64,000 bases of DNA from Laetmonice hystrix (taxonomy: Eukaryota): contig OZ249436.1 of the NCBI GenBank assembly GCA_965235115.1, positions 39,124,001 to 39,188,000 of the forward strand, in the 5' to 3' direction. Position 1 is the first letter of the stretch. Each line of letters starts with the position of its first letter. Below are positions 52,759-64,000 of this stretch, piece after piece. Position numbers and translations under genes: made by a program. The notes under the pieces are model-generated. The model saw only the letters and a program-made list of their open reading frames with translations. It was not told the DNA's origin and did not search any database.

Positions 52759-55700
52759 ATGCAGTTACGGACCGTGCTTATTCATTTAGTTTTCCTGGCG
52801 GGATATCTACGAGGGGGGATAGCGCAAACGTCTCAAAGTAATTATGGATCTCTGTATGTCCGTCTGTCCGGGTGTTTATCTTTAGCCAGTATTGGTCGAC
52901 TGTAGATCAAATTTCCAAGTTGTCTAAGACGAGTTGCTGCCCGACTAGGGCACTGATTGTACATCAAGAATTTTTTTCAGGGCAGGGCCGGAGTAGTATA
53001 AAAAAGTAGTATAAAGTACTCCATGATTCTTGGTATTGGAACTAAATAAGTGACATTAAATACCTTATTTATATCTCCATTAAATCAACCAATGAGATTG
53101 CCGTTTATACTCGGTGAATTTTTCCCCCCAAACGACATAGCAATAGGCCATAGCGATTGACTGCGGGATCAAAGTAAAAAAATCTCTCCCGACCTCCACC
53201 TTAGATGTACGCCCCTCGGTTAGGGTTAGTACGAGCCAAACAGAGGCCTCGAATGCTATGTCGTTTGGGGGGGGGGGGGGATTTCACTGGCGGGCCAGGG
53301 ACATGACCCATAATTACGATATGGCCAACCCGTGTTTTTTGAAAATCTGCCGGACGGTCTGCATAGTGGAGCGGGCCCTTTATTTAAATACCGCGAATCT
53401 ACCTGAAGAAACCTTATGAACATTCCAATTGTCAGGCGGTGACGACTTCTGCATCCGAGTTGGCGGTGTGTGTACGGAAGCGAAGTGTTGTCCTCACAAG
53501 TACGAGGCAGATGGCATCTGTGTGGGCTACCCTGGTCGTAGTTGCTGTCTCCATAAGCCAGACTGCCAATGGCAGGACAGGGCCAACGGTATGGACAAAC
53601 ATGGCGGATCTAGACATTTCTAGAGTGGTTAAGGGGGTCATTCATGTGTGGGGCGCGCTCAATGCAATCATAAAGTCATCCGGATTGGAGCTAGGTTCAG
53701 GTCAGGACTGCATGGGGACAAAAAAGCAGACTCTAGCTTTTTAGAATCCCAGTCAAAGGAATCACGTTGGGCCTATTATATACAGGTATTCTATTTAACT
53801 GGACAACATCCTGTCATCTCATAACACGTTTAATGTACATGGCCTCCCAGTTAAGAGAAGACAGCATTCTTGGTCCGAGATGGTTTGATAAAGCGAAGTC
53901 TGCATGTAGGCCCTAAACCACGTATAAACATATCGTCACGTCTTTTGGTCCAATGAACCTCTGTTTTTGCTGTCACAGAGCTGTCCTACTGGCTGAAGGG
54001 GACGTACGCCATCCCCCAGTCGATACATGGATGTCCTTACTCGGAACATTTCCGATGGATTCCGACGACGGTTGAGATCAGCACCAAGGTTGAAGGACAA
54101 GGTAACAAGATGTCGAGTTTGACGTACCAGCAGGGACCGTTTGACGTCACGAGTATGGTCTTCCACATGTGTGGCGTGGTAGAAGGATTGAGTAACAACG
54201 ATCTAACTCAGGCCAGACAACCATGGCCAAAGGGGTCATATTGCATCTACAAACTCCAGGATGAATGCCCAGCAGGTAAACGTCCCTCAGCCTTAGATCT
54301 ACGTTTAGAGACTCTAACAGTGTTTTATCATGTCCTGATCCCGGCACCACCTTAAAGTTCTACAGACATCACAATTAACATGAAATTTTGTATCGGATTC
54401 CGATAATACTTGTAATTTGTCGTTGTTCTGTAAAGGAACGGTTGTTGTACAACAACGTGAACTGTCTATAATCTGTGATCAGAAGGACCAATTCCCGTGC
54501 ACACGTCACTTCCGGTTTTCGGTAAAGAGCAGTCGGCGCGTGATTCAAATTGTCAATATTTTACAAAATGTTACTTTCTGATGGCCGGTTGCAAGAACAT
54601 TTTGTGAAGTTAATCTCAAGAATGGCTTAACTTACTATCTAGCCTAGATTTAAGGTTGGGTATGTTTGGTAGTCCTGTTTAATGGAATTCTTTTGTGCTT
54701 GGCCAGCAAAATAAGGGCCAGTCTCCAAAAATGAGAAAAGGCTAGAATATTCTGACTTTCTGGGAACTGAAAATATGCGTAAATCCACAGATTGGGTTAT
54801 TCTCGAGAATAACTATGTCCTTGCAATCGGCCATGAGGGAATTTATCAGAAAAGCCTATCTCGGACACGTCTACAACTCACAGTGATCTATCTAGATCAG
54901 TAAACGTGCCTATGTGATGTCTGTAGCACTTTAACAATAGTGGATGCCTTATATCAAAACAACGTCAATGTTGAATATGTCCGAATATCATTTTATTCTG
55001 CCCGTTGCGCTCTTTTCTCCGTCATTACAATTTCAGTCTTGCTCAATAAATTCAATCTGTCATTGTAGGTTTTACGCCCGGCTCCGTGACAGTTGGCAGC
55101 TCCGTGTTGAAACTTGCCCAGTGGACAAATCTGAACCCGATGACGTCAGCACCAGACGACAACGTCTCCATCTCGTTTTGCTGTCGTCGGGATGGTGACG
55201 CCAAAGATGAAGCGCTGTTTCCGTCGCCTAATCCGTTCACACTTATCAAGGTTTGTGCTTCAAAACAATAGCACACCAAGGCAACTTCCGAAATGTCTGA
55301 ATTACTGAAGTGCTAAGCAGAAACTAAAGTACATACTTTAAACCATGAGGTGTGCTTAAAACCGGGCTTCCATGTGTACGTTTCCGTTATCCGTTTTTGG
55401 TTCAATCGTTTATGGATATTTCCTGTGGGAGTATTTCCATGTTTGCTTTCATAGTCCGATTGTACACATGAAAACGCTACTGTAGGAAATAGACTTAAAC
55501 GATCGAATTGGGAACAGATAACGGAAACGTAGTACCCATGGAAACCCTGCTTTACTCAATCCCGCTGACAAGAAAACAACGCCCCCAGCACTGTCATCAT
55601 ACGATAAAACATAGCGTTTTCTTACCAGAAGAATAACTGAATTCGCGAATAGAGGTCCATGCTACAGACACCGCCACAAGCGTTATAGGCATTAAGAACT

Positions 55701-58700
55701 CTTTACTGAAGGTGGTGGATATATTTCACCTGCCCGTTTTGAGGGAGGAACGGTTATCTTGCATGATTGCCGTAGGTAGGGCCTAATCTATCATTAATAT
55801 AGGGAAAACTTTCTTGTAGATGGACGAGCAATGTCAAGCGGTGAAGTATATGGAGGTTATAGAAGAGTTTTACCAGTTGGCAATCGGTAACGAGTCTGAT
55901 CCCATGGTGTCATCCAATGGCATGACACCACGTCATCTGCTAAATAAACCCGGATTTCTTAACATGCGTTTTTGTTTCTACAAAGGTAAACGTGACATTA
56001 CTTTATTAAAGGTGATGGCCCTCTACGCCATTATTCGTCGCTTCATGAATTGAATATATTTGCACAATCCTGGACTACATTTATAAAGGACTAATGTTTT
56101 TGGTATTTTCTTATAAATCTGAAATCTGATTCATGGACTTTGACGGTGGAGCCTAGATTACGATGATCCATGTGATTTCTAACTCTGGAAATTGATCTCT
56201 TCGGAATTGTCTTTTTAGTGAAAAATTTACCCTTATTTCATTTCACCTTTCGTGTTTCCGAGAGCATAGAAGAGTCTTGTTTTGTATGGATCCTCTTTTT
56301 CTACTTTGCAGCTTATGAGGACTGTTACCATGAGATAGACGATGGTCGATCCTATCATGGCTACATCAACTTTACTACAAATAGTCCCTGCCGTTACTGG
56401 AAGGATATGGGTGGCTGGTGGCATCTGCCCGACCATCCTGAACTCCGCGGTACCGTCCGTGAAAACTACTGTTTTGGTGTACGGACGCTGGCTTCAAAAC
56501 CCTACTGCCCTGAAGCAGATTCGATTGCTGAAAAAGATGTAATAGGGTGTGCAGTTCCTAAGTGTAAAGGTAACGGATACCAAAGTTTTAATCTTATTCA
56601 TCCAATCTCTTAGGGCCCGTTTCCTGCAAGCGTACGCGTCGGCGTACGCGTCAGCGTTTGACGCGGAATTATAATCTGGACGCGCGCGTTTTCTGTGCTA
56701 TATTTGGAGCATCACCTCATGAGGACTCGCCTGCTCAGCACGTGGTGCAGACAGTGTGTTCATCTTGCAGAAAATGAACAATTTAGTCAACTGTTACACA
56801 GGAAAGTAATTCAAGCTGTTCAGAATCGAACAGCGCTTTACGATAAAACCGGACGGGACCACAGCGACTGTGACGTTAAAGGAAACCTATATGGGAAGCA
56901 ATAACAGCGAAGCTTGAGGTGAATGACGATGATATGAATTTGACCCCCCCCCCACATTACTAGACAGTGCAAAAATAAGTTACTAGGCCCCTACATCGTG
57001 GGTGTAATGTGAAATTTCAAGCTCAAAAACGCGAACACATATAATCTTGGTGGAAACACTCGAACATGAAACGCTGACGCTGACGCCACCGCCGACTATG
57101 ACGCCAAAGCTTGGTGGAAACGGGTCCTTACTCCTACCCTTCCTCCTGGACATTTAACTGGTGTAGTCATTCGGTAAAAAGTACCTTTTCTTCCGTACTG
57201 TGGTATGAGATTCTTCTTCCACACTGTGGTATGAGATTTTCTTACGAACTGTGAAAGATTGTTCTTACACACTATGGTATGAGAATGTTCTTAGGCACTG
57301 TGGTATGGGATTGTTCTTACACGCTGTGGTATGGGATTGTTCTTACACGCTGTGGTATGAGATTGTTCTTATGCGCTGTGGTATGGAATTGCTCTAATGG
57401 CTCAGTCCCACTGGCACTTTTGACCCCGGGGATGTTTTCCCGATGTAAATTGAAGAGCCTCGGGAGGCGTCGGGAACAGGTTCTCCGGTGTTCTGGGGAA
57501 GCCTCGGGAGCGTCGGGAGTCATGTGGAACCATCGGGAGGCATCGGGAGGCATCGGAAGAACTGCAAAAATTTCAATGCCTGCATTGAAATTTTTCCTGA
57601 TGTGGTCCCGACGTTTTGTCGATAAAACAGGCCGGGGAGGCAAGCCCTGGGGAAGCCCCGGGGAAGCCCCAGGGATGCTTCCCCTGAGCTTCCGCGAAAC
57701 CTTCATCCCCCGAACCTCGTGTGTTGATTCGGCGAAGGATCAGGGAACCTCCGGAGATATTTTATGCTTAGGTCCCACTGGGGAAAAATCATCGGCGATG
57801 TAGAAATACACAAATTGGCTCCCGATGGCTCCCGATGTTCCCGAAGTTTTTGGCCCAAACAACGGAGCAGTCCCATTACAGATGGCACGCATTAGGCATC
57901 GGGGATGGTCCACAGAATGTCCCCCGAACAATGGCCATGAATCATCGGGGATGGCTCCCGATGGCCGGGAAAGCCCCTGGGTACCTTCGGCGATAATCGG
58001 CGAAGGTGCCCCGGAGCTACCCCGAATTTGAAACACCATCGGAGAAATATCCCCGTAGATTAGGAGAAGCATCGGTGAGTACTTGCAAACCATCCCCGGT
58101 GCCTCCCCAATAACCCTTCCCCGAGGCACCGGGGATGGTTCGCAAGTACTCACCGATGCTTCCCCGGTGCCTCGGGGAAGCATTGGGGAGGTATGGGAAG
58201 AATGCACTTTTAACCATCACCGACATTTCGGCGAATATTCGGGAATGCAAACCCACATCGGGAATGTATCACCGACAGGTCGCTGAGAGGTCGCCGGACA
58301 TGCGGCGGAGATCAAAATATCCCCGGAGGTTCCCTGATCCTTCGCCGAAACAACACGCGAGGTTCGGGGGGACGAAGGTTTTGCGGAAGCTCAGGGGAAG
58401 CATTCCCGGGGCTTCCCCGGGGCTCGGGAAAGCTACGGGGTTGCCTCCCCGGCCTGTTTTACCGACAAAACGTCGGGAACACATCGGGAAGAATTTCAAT
58501 GCAGGCATTGACATTTTTCGTAGTTCTCCCGATGCCTCCCGATGGTTCCACATGGCTCCCGACGCTCCCGAGGCTTCCTCGAAACACCGGGGAACCTGTT
58601 CCCGACGCCTCCCGAGGCTCTTCAATTTGGATCGGGAGAACATCCCAGAGTGATGGTTGAAAGTGCATTCTTCCCATACCTCCCCGATGCTTCCCTGAGG

Positions 58701-61700
58701 CACTGGGGAAGCTTAGGTGAGTACTTGCGAACCATCCAGGGTTGTTGGGGAGGCACCGGGGATAGTTCGCATGTACTCACCAATGCTTCTCCTAATATTC
58801 TCCCGATGGTGTTTCAATTTCGGGGTAGCTCCGGGGCACCTTCGCCGATTATCGGCGAAAGTACCCCATCGGGAGCCATCCCCATCCACGGCCATTGTTC
58901 GAGGGACAAACCCGGACCATCCCAGATGCCTAATGAGTGTCATCTGTAATGGGACTGCTCCGTTGTTTGGGCCAAAAACATCGGGAGCACTGGGAGCACA
59001 ATTTATGTATTTCTACATCGCCGATGATTTTTCCCCAGTGGGACCTAAGCATTAAGCCCCAGTCCCACCAAAGCCGAATTAGCTACGACGTGTTACGATC
59101 TGATAAATCGTGTAGAATCGGGAAAGGTCCTACCTCGGTCGTACAGTAGTCTTGATACATCCTCATAGGTCGGGATAGGCCACGATTGCACCCCGACAAT
59201 TTTAAACTGTTCAAAACAATCGGCATTGGTCGGGAAAAAGCTCAAATCGGGGATATACCATAGGTTAAACGTTGCTCAGTCGGGAATAGTCGTGGGACAA
59301 TCGGGATAGTTCGTTGATCAGTCCTGCTTGATCATAGGACAACCGCCAGACATTTCCTAGATCTAGCCCTGACGTCATCGGGACAGGTCCTAGCTCGGCT
59401 GGGGCTCAGACGGCATAGAACGTTGCTACATCGTTGGTCAAACATCGGGTCGGGTTCTTGATAGGACGTAGCTCAATCTGCATGGGTCGGCAGAGAACGT
59501 TTCTCGGTCGGGAAGGTCGGGGGGATGTCGAGATAGAACATGATAGCACGCAGCGTGATCGTTGAGAGATCTTTGGAAAACCGTTGCCCAGTCGCCTTTG
59601 AACGTGACAATTCGTAGCTAGGTCTTCGGATTGTCATTATTTCATCACGATTCATTACGACTTAAAATAAATTTTAGATCTTGATAGAACGGCATGGAAC
59701 GTAGTACAATCGGCTTTGGTGGGACTGGGGCTTAATTTTCTGGCAATTGTCCTACGATAAACCAGGAATCCCGATTGTTCCCCGACTATATTCCCGACTG
59801 AGCAACGTTTGACCTACGATATAGCCCCGATCTGAGCTTTTTCCCGACCAATGCCGATTGTTTTGAACAGTTCAAAATTGTCGCGACCTATGAGGATCTA
59901 TCAAGACTCTACGACCGAGTTAGGACCTTTCCCGATTCTACACGATTTCTCAGATCGTGACACGTCGTAGCTAATTCGGCTTTGGTGGGACTGGGGCTTA
60001 AATGCAGCCCCAGTCCCACCAAAGCCGATTGTACGACGTTCTATGCCGTTCTATCAAGATCTGAAATTTAGTTTAAGTCGTGATGAATCGTGATGAAATC
60101 ATGAAAACCCGAAGACCTAGCGACGAATCTATCATGTTCTACCCCGACGGCGGCCCGACCTTCCCGACAGCGCAACGACTAAAGCTATGTTCACTGCCGA
60201 CCTATGCAGATTGAGCTTCGACCTATCAAGATCCCGGCCCGATGTATGGCGACCTATACCAAGATTGACAAACGATGTAGCAACGTTCTATGCCGTGCCG
60301 CAGCCGAGCTACGACCTGTCCCGGTGACATCAGGTCTACATCAGGGCTAAAGCCCCAGTCCCACAAAAGCCGAATTAGCTACGACGTGTCACGATGTGAT
60401 AAATCGTGTAGAATCGGGAAAGGTCCTAACTCGGTCGTACAGTAGTCTTGATAGATCCTCATAGGTCGGGATAGGCCACGATTGCACCCCGACAATTTTA
60501 AACTGTTCAAAACAATCGGCATTGGTCGGGAAAAAGCTCAAATCGGGGATATACCGTAGGTCAAACGTTGCTCAGTCGGAAATAGTCGGGGGACAATCGG
60601 GATAGTTCGTTGTTCAGTCATGGTTGATCGTAGGACAATCGCCAGCTATTTCCTAGATCTAGCCCTGATGTCATCGGGACAGGTCGTAGCTCGGCTGGGG
60701 CTCAGACGGCATAGAACGTTGCTACATCGTTGGTCAAACATCGAGTCGGGTTCTTGATAGGACGTAGCTCAATCTGCATAGGTCACCAGAGAACGTTGCT
60801 AGTTGTTTCTCGGTCGGGAAGGTCGGGGGGATGTCGAGATAGAACATGATAGCACGCAGCGTGATCGTTGAGAGATCTTTGGAAAACCGTTGCCCAGTCG
60901 CCGTTGAACATGACAATTCGTAGCTAGGTCTTCGGGTTGTCATTATTTCATCACGATTCATCACGACTTAAAAAAGATTTTAGATCTTGATAAAACGGCA
61001 TGGAACGTAGTACAATCGGCTTTGGTGGGACTGGGGCTTAATTTTCTGGCAATTGTCCTACGATAAACCAGGACTGAACAACGAACTATCCCGATTGTTC
61101 CCCGACTATATTCCCGATTGAGCAACGTCTGACCTACGATATAGCCCCGATCTGAGCTTTCTCCCGACCAATGCCGATTGTTTTGAACAGTTCAAAATTG
61201 TCGCGACCTATGAGGATCTATCAAGACTACTCTACGACCGAGTTAGGACCTTTCCCGATTCTACACGATTTCTCAGATCGTGACACGTCGTAGCTAATTC
61301 GGCTTTGGTGGGACTGGGGCTTTAGGTCCCACTGGGGAACAATCATCGGCGATGTAGAAATACATAAATTGACTCCCGATGGCTCCCGATGTTCCCGAAG
61401 TTTTTGGCCCAAACAATGGAGCAGTCCCATTACAGATGGCACGCATTAGGCATCGGGGATGGTCCACAGAATGTCCCCCGAACAATGGCCATGAATCATC
61501 GGGGATGGCCCCCGATGGCCGGGAAAGCCCCGGGGTACCTTCGGTGATAATCGGCGAAGGTACCCCGGAGCTACCCCGAATTTGAAACACCATCGGGAAA
61601 ATATCCCCGTAGATTAGGGGAAGCATCGGTGAGTACTTGCGAATCATCCCCGGTGCCTCCCCAATAATCCTTCCCCGAGGCACCGGGGATGGTTCGCAAG

Positions 61701-63711
61701 TACTCACCGATGCTTCCCCGGTGCCTCGGGGAAGCATTGGGGAGGTATGGGAAGAATGCACTTTCAACCATCACCGACATTTCGGCGAATATTCGGGAAT
61801 GCAAACCCACATCGGGAATGTATCACCGACAGGTCGCTGAGAGGTCGCCGGACATGCGGCGGAGATCAAAATATCCCCGGAGGTTCCCTGATCCTTCGCC
61901 GAAACAACACACGAGGTTCGGGGGGACGAAGGTTTCGCGGAAGCTCAGGGGAAGAATCCCCGGGGCTTCCCCGGGGCTTGCTTTCCCGGGGCTTCCCCGG
62001 GGCTCGGGAAAGCTACGGGGTTGCCTTCCCGGCCTGTTTTACCGACAAAACGTCGGGAACACATCGGGAAGAATTTCAATGCAGGCATTGACATTTTTCG
62101 CAGTTCTCCCGATGCCTCCCGATGGTTCCACATGGCTCCCGACGCTCCCGAGGCTTCTTCGAAACACCGGGGAACCTGTTCCCGACGCCTCCCGAGGCTC
62201 TTCAATTTAGATCGGGAGAACATCCCCGAAACCAAAAATGCCCAGTGGGACTGAGCCTTTAGTCGTTGCGCTGTCGGGAAGGTCGGGGCGATGTCGGGAT
62301 AGAACATGATAGATTCGTAGCTAGCTCTTCGGGTTGTCATGATTTTATCACGATTCATCACGACTTAAACTAAATTTCAGATTTTGATAGAACGGCATAG
62401 AACGTCGTACAATCGGCTTTGGTGGGACTGGGGCTTTACACGCTGTTGTGTCAGATTGTTCTTCCGCACTCTGGCATGAGATTCTTACGCACTGTAGTAT
62501 GAGCTTCTTCTGCACTGTGGTACTTCTTCTTCCATAGATAAGCTTACATTATGTACAGTGGCTACCATTGTAACAAAAGGACGAAATCACGTGTTATTGC
62601 AGACCTCCGTTACGAGCCAGGGGTTACGGGAAGGGGTCCTGATCTACCTTCGACACAGATGACAGGCAATTTGTATAGCGCCTCCCTCATCACAGATGGC
62701 ACTATAGGTATACTCCACATAATACTACGATTTTATCTCATACGTGGCTTGGAAGCAAATCCAACCAGATTGCTTACATAGGTCTGTTTATTCCAGACAC
62801 GTGCTGGAGACAGAACGACGTGTTTCGGCCCTGGTGGCAGTTAGACCTTCAAAGAACAGAGGAAGTTGTGGCTCTTTATATTGAAGAAACTATCGGTAAT
62901 TTGACAAAATCGTTACTTTACTACTGGTCTAAGTAATAACGGAAATGCCGGTCCTATAAATATGGAGAGACAGATGTAAATTGTTTTTACATCAAAAAAA
63001 AAATTTAAATGCGAAATAGAAACAAAACTATACGGTTTATTTCCAGGCGTTCATTGTTCATTCAACAATATGACGGTATATGTTGGCATGGCGACGGATG
63101 ACTTCTACAATGACGGAGCCAAGGCGTGCATCCGTTATTATAACGGATACGGAAACACACTCATGATGCCGTGCCAGCAGAACGTCAGGGGGCGCTTCAT
63201 CACCATACGTCAAGGCACACGTCACCATGCCTTAGATTACTTTGATAGTCATCGATGTCTCGCTCTCTGTGAGATAATAATCTATGTAAGAGGTATGATA
63301 ACGATAAGACCATTCTTTATGTTTTTCATAATTATGTTTCTTTGATAAGAGGTCACTACGTACGTGACATAGGCCTAATTTGGCGCCAAATCCGCTTTAG
63401 AATTTGAATCTGTTGCCTTGATCGATTCTGGGGAGGTTTTTAACTGTAAAGGTGTATCGGGTATGAGTGTGGGGCGTAATATATCACCAGAACAAACGCA
63501 ATGAGTCACGTTGGAATGGGTTAGACTTTGTGTGTTGATGTACTTGTTAGCCGCCGAGTGTGAACAACCTTTTGAATCCGAAGATGTCGAACCTCACTCT
63601 CAGATGTCTGCATCCTCCGAGGCCGAGGGAAGCGAGGCCAGCCTCGGTCTGATCTTCTCTACCTCGGGTTCCTGGTGTGCGGCATTAGACGATCAAACGC
63701 CATACATACAG
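52759..63711 (+). CDS. Tandem paralog of the GRL101-like receptor, first 10 exons (presumably continues past window end)
   Basis: Exons 52759-52837 (MQLRTVLIHLVFLAGYLRGGIAQ signal peptide), 53436-53588, 53979-54275, 55069-55250, 55820-55985, 56312-56569, 62603-62707, 62797-62895, 63047-63292, 63551-63711. Same phases as copy 1; no stops or frameshifts seen. Confidence 0.85.
54356..54930. mobile_element. TTAA-duplicating MITE (Kolobok-like), specific to paralog intron 3
   Basis: TTAA|agttctacagacatcaca ... tgtgatgtctgtagcact|TTAA; empty site with a single TTAA in copy 1 at 23161-23164. Confidence 0.88.
56613..57127. mobile_element. PIF/Harbinger-like MITE specific to paralog intron 6
   Basis: TTA|gggcccgtttcc ... 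ggaaacgggtcc|TTA; empty site in copy 1 near 25047. Confidence 0.85.
57398..62435. mobile_element. Nested/tandem stack of two PIF/Harbinger-like MITE families
   Basis: Family A ends (t/a)ggctcagtcccactgg and tgcttaggtcccactgggg: pieces at 57398, 57765, 58649-59051, 61322-62257. Family B ends agccccagtcccaccaaagccga: 59055-59732, 59736-59998, 60006-61321 containing 60351-61038, and 62258-62435. Most junctions are TAA/TTA. Confidence 0.85.
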
Positions 63712-64000
63712 GTTACCAAATCAAATCACTGTTCATTACCTACTGGAAACTGAAATATATATTTCATAGGCAAAGAAAAATAACTATATGTTTCTGGATA
63801 AAGGTTCAGAAAATATGGTAGGTTTGTTACTGTATTTAAAGAAAAGGTAAAACAGAACTATTATTTTATCTCTTTATTTCTAGGTATAGGCTTGAATTAT
63901 ACGGGAACAACTTTTCCTTAGCCAGCACCATGATATTATCAAAGAACGGCGCGTTTACATTCTTTGATATTATTACGAATACCTGGGGGTAAATCAAAGA

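Noticed and set aside
6773..53280. Numerous poly-G/poly-C tracts of 10-20 nt
   Set aside because: Scattered and mostly within repeat fragments; no positional pattern supporting function.
57279..62361. Dense overlapping ORFs of 60-174 aa on both strands
   Set aside because: They lie in GC-rich MITE copies with few stop codons; no protein motifs, no transposase signature.

Overview
Intron-rich, repeat-rich eukaryotic (invertebrate metazoan) genomic DNA, not prokaryotic; no rRNA, tRNA or CRISPR seen. (1) A minus-strand long-chain-fatty-acid--CoA ligase of the bubblegum/ACSBG family: 12 exons at 218-16453, running off the window start, with a long acidic N-terminal extension. (2) Divergently oriented, a complete 35-exon, ~2482-aa GRL101-like (type C LGR) GPCR at 22204-39443. 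Its very large mosaic ectodomain reads: signal peptide, beta-defensin-like Cys module, apextrin C-terminal (ApeC), kringle, F-type lectin, FA58C/discoidin, second F-lectin-like, SUEL-like, 2 CUB, C-type lectin, LDLa repeats interrupted by a Caspr-type fibrinogen-like domain, LRRs; then 7TM and a degenerate kinase C-lobe-like cytoplasmic tail. (3) A deleted relic of a third paralog at ~40960-42426. (4) A tandem paralog from 52759 past the window end, nearly identical from exon 3 on except for clustered amino-acid changes in the kringle and lectin loops. (5) Many transposon remnants: a CR1/L2-like LINE split by a MITE, a Tc1/mariner relic, Kolobok-like and PIF/Harbinger-like MITEs (including a ~5 kb nested stack), a DIRS/Ngaro tyrosine-recombinase remnant, Crypton-like hairpins, minisatellites, and an over-represented TAGGCCTA footprint. 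Exon models were built by eye from splice signals and frame continuity; domain names come from motif recognition, not database searches.
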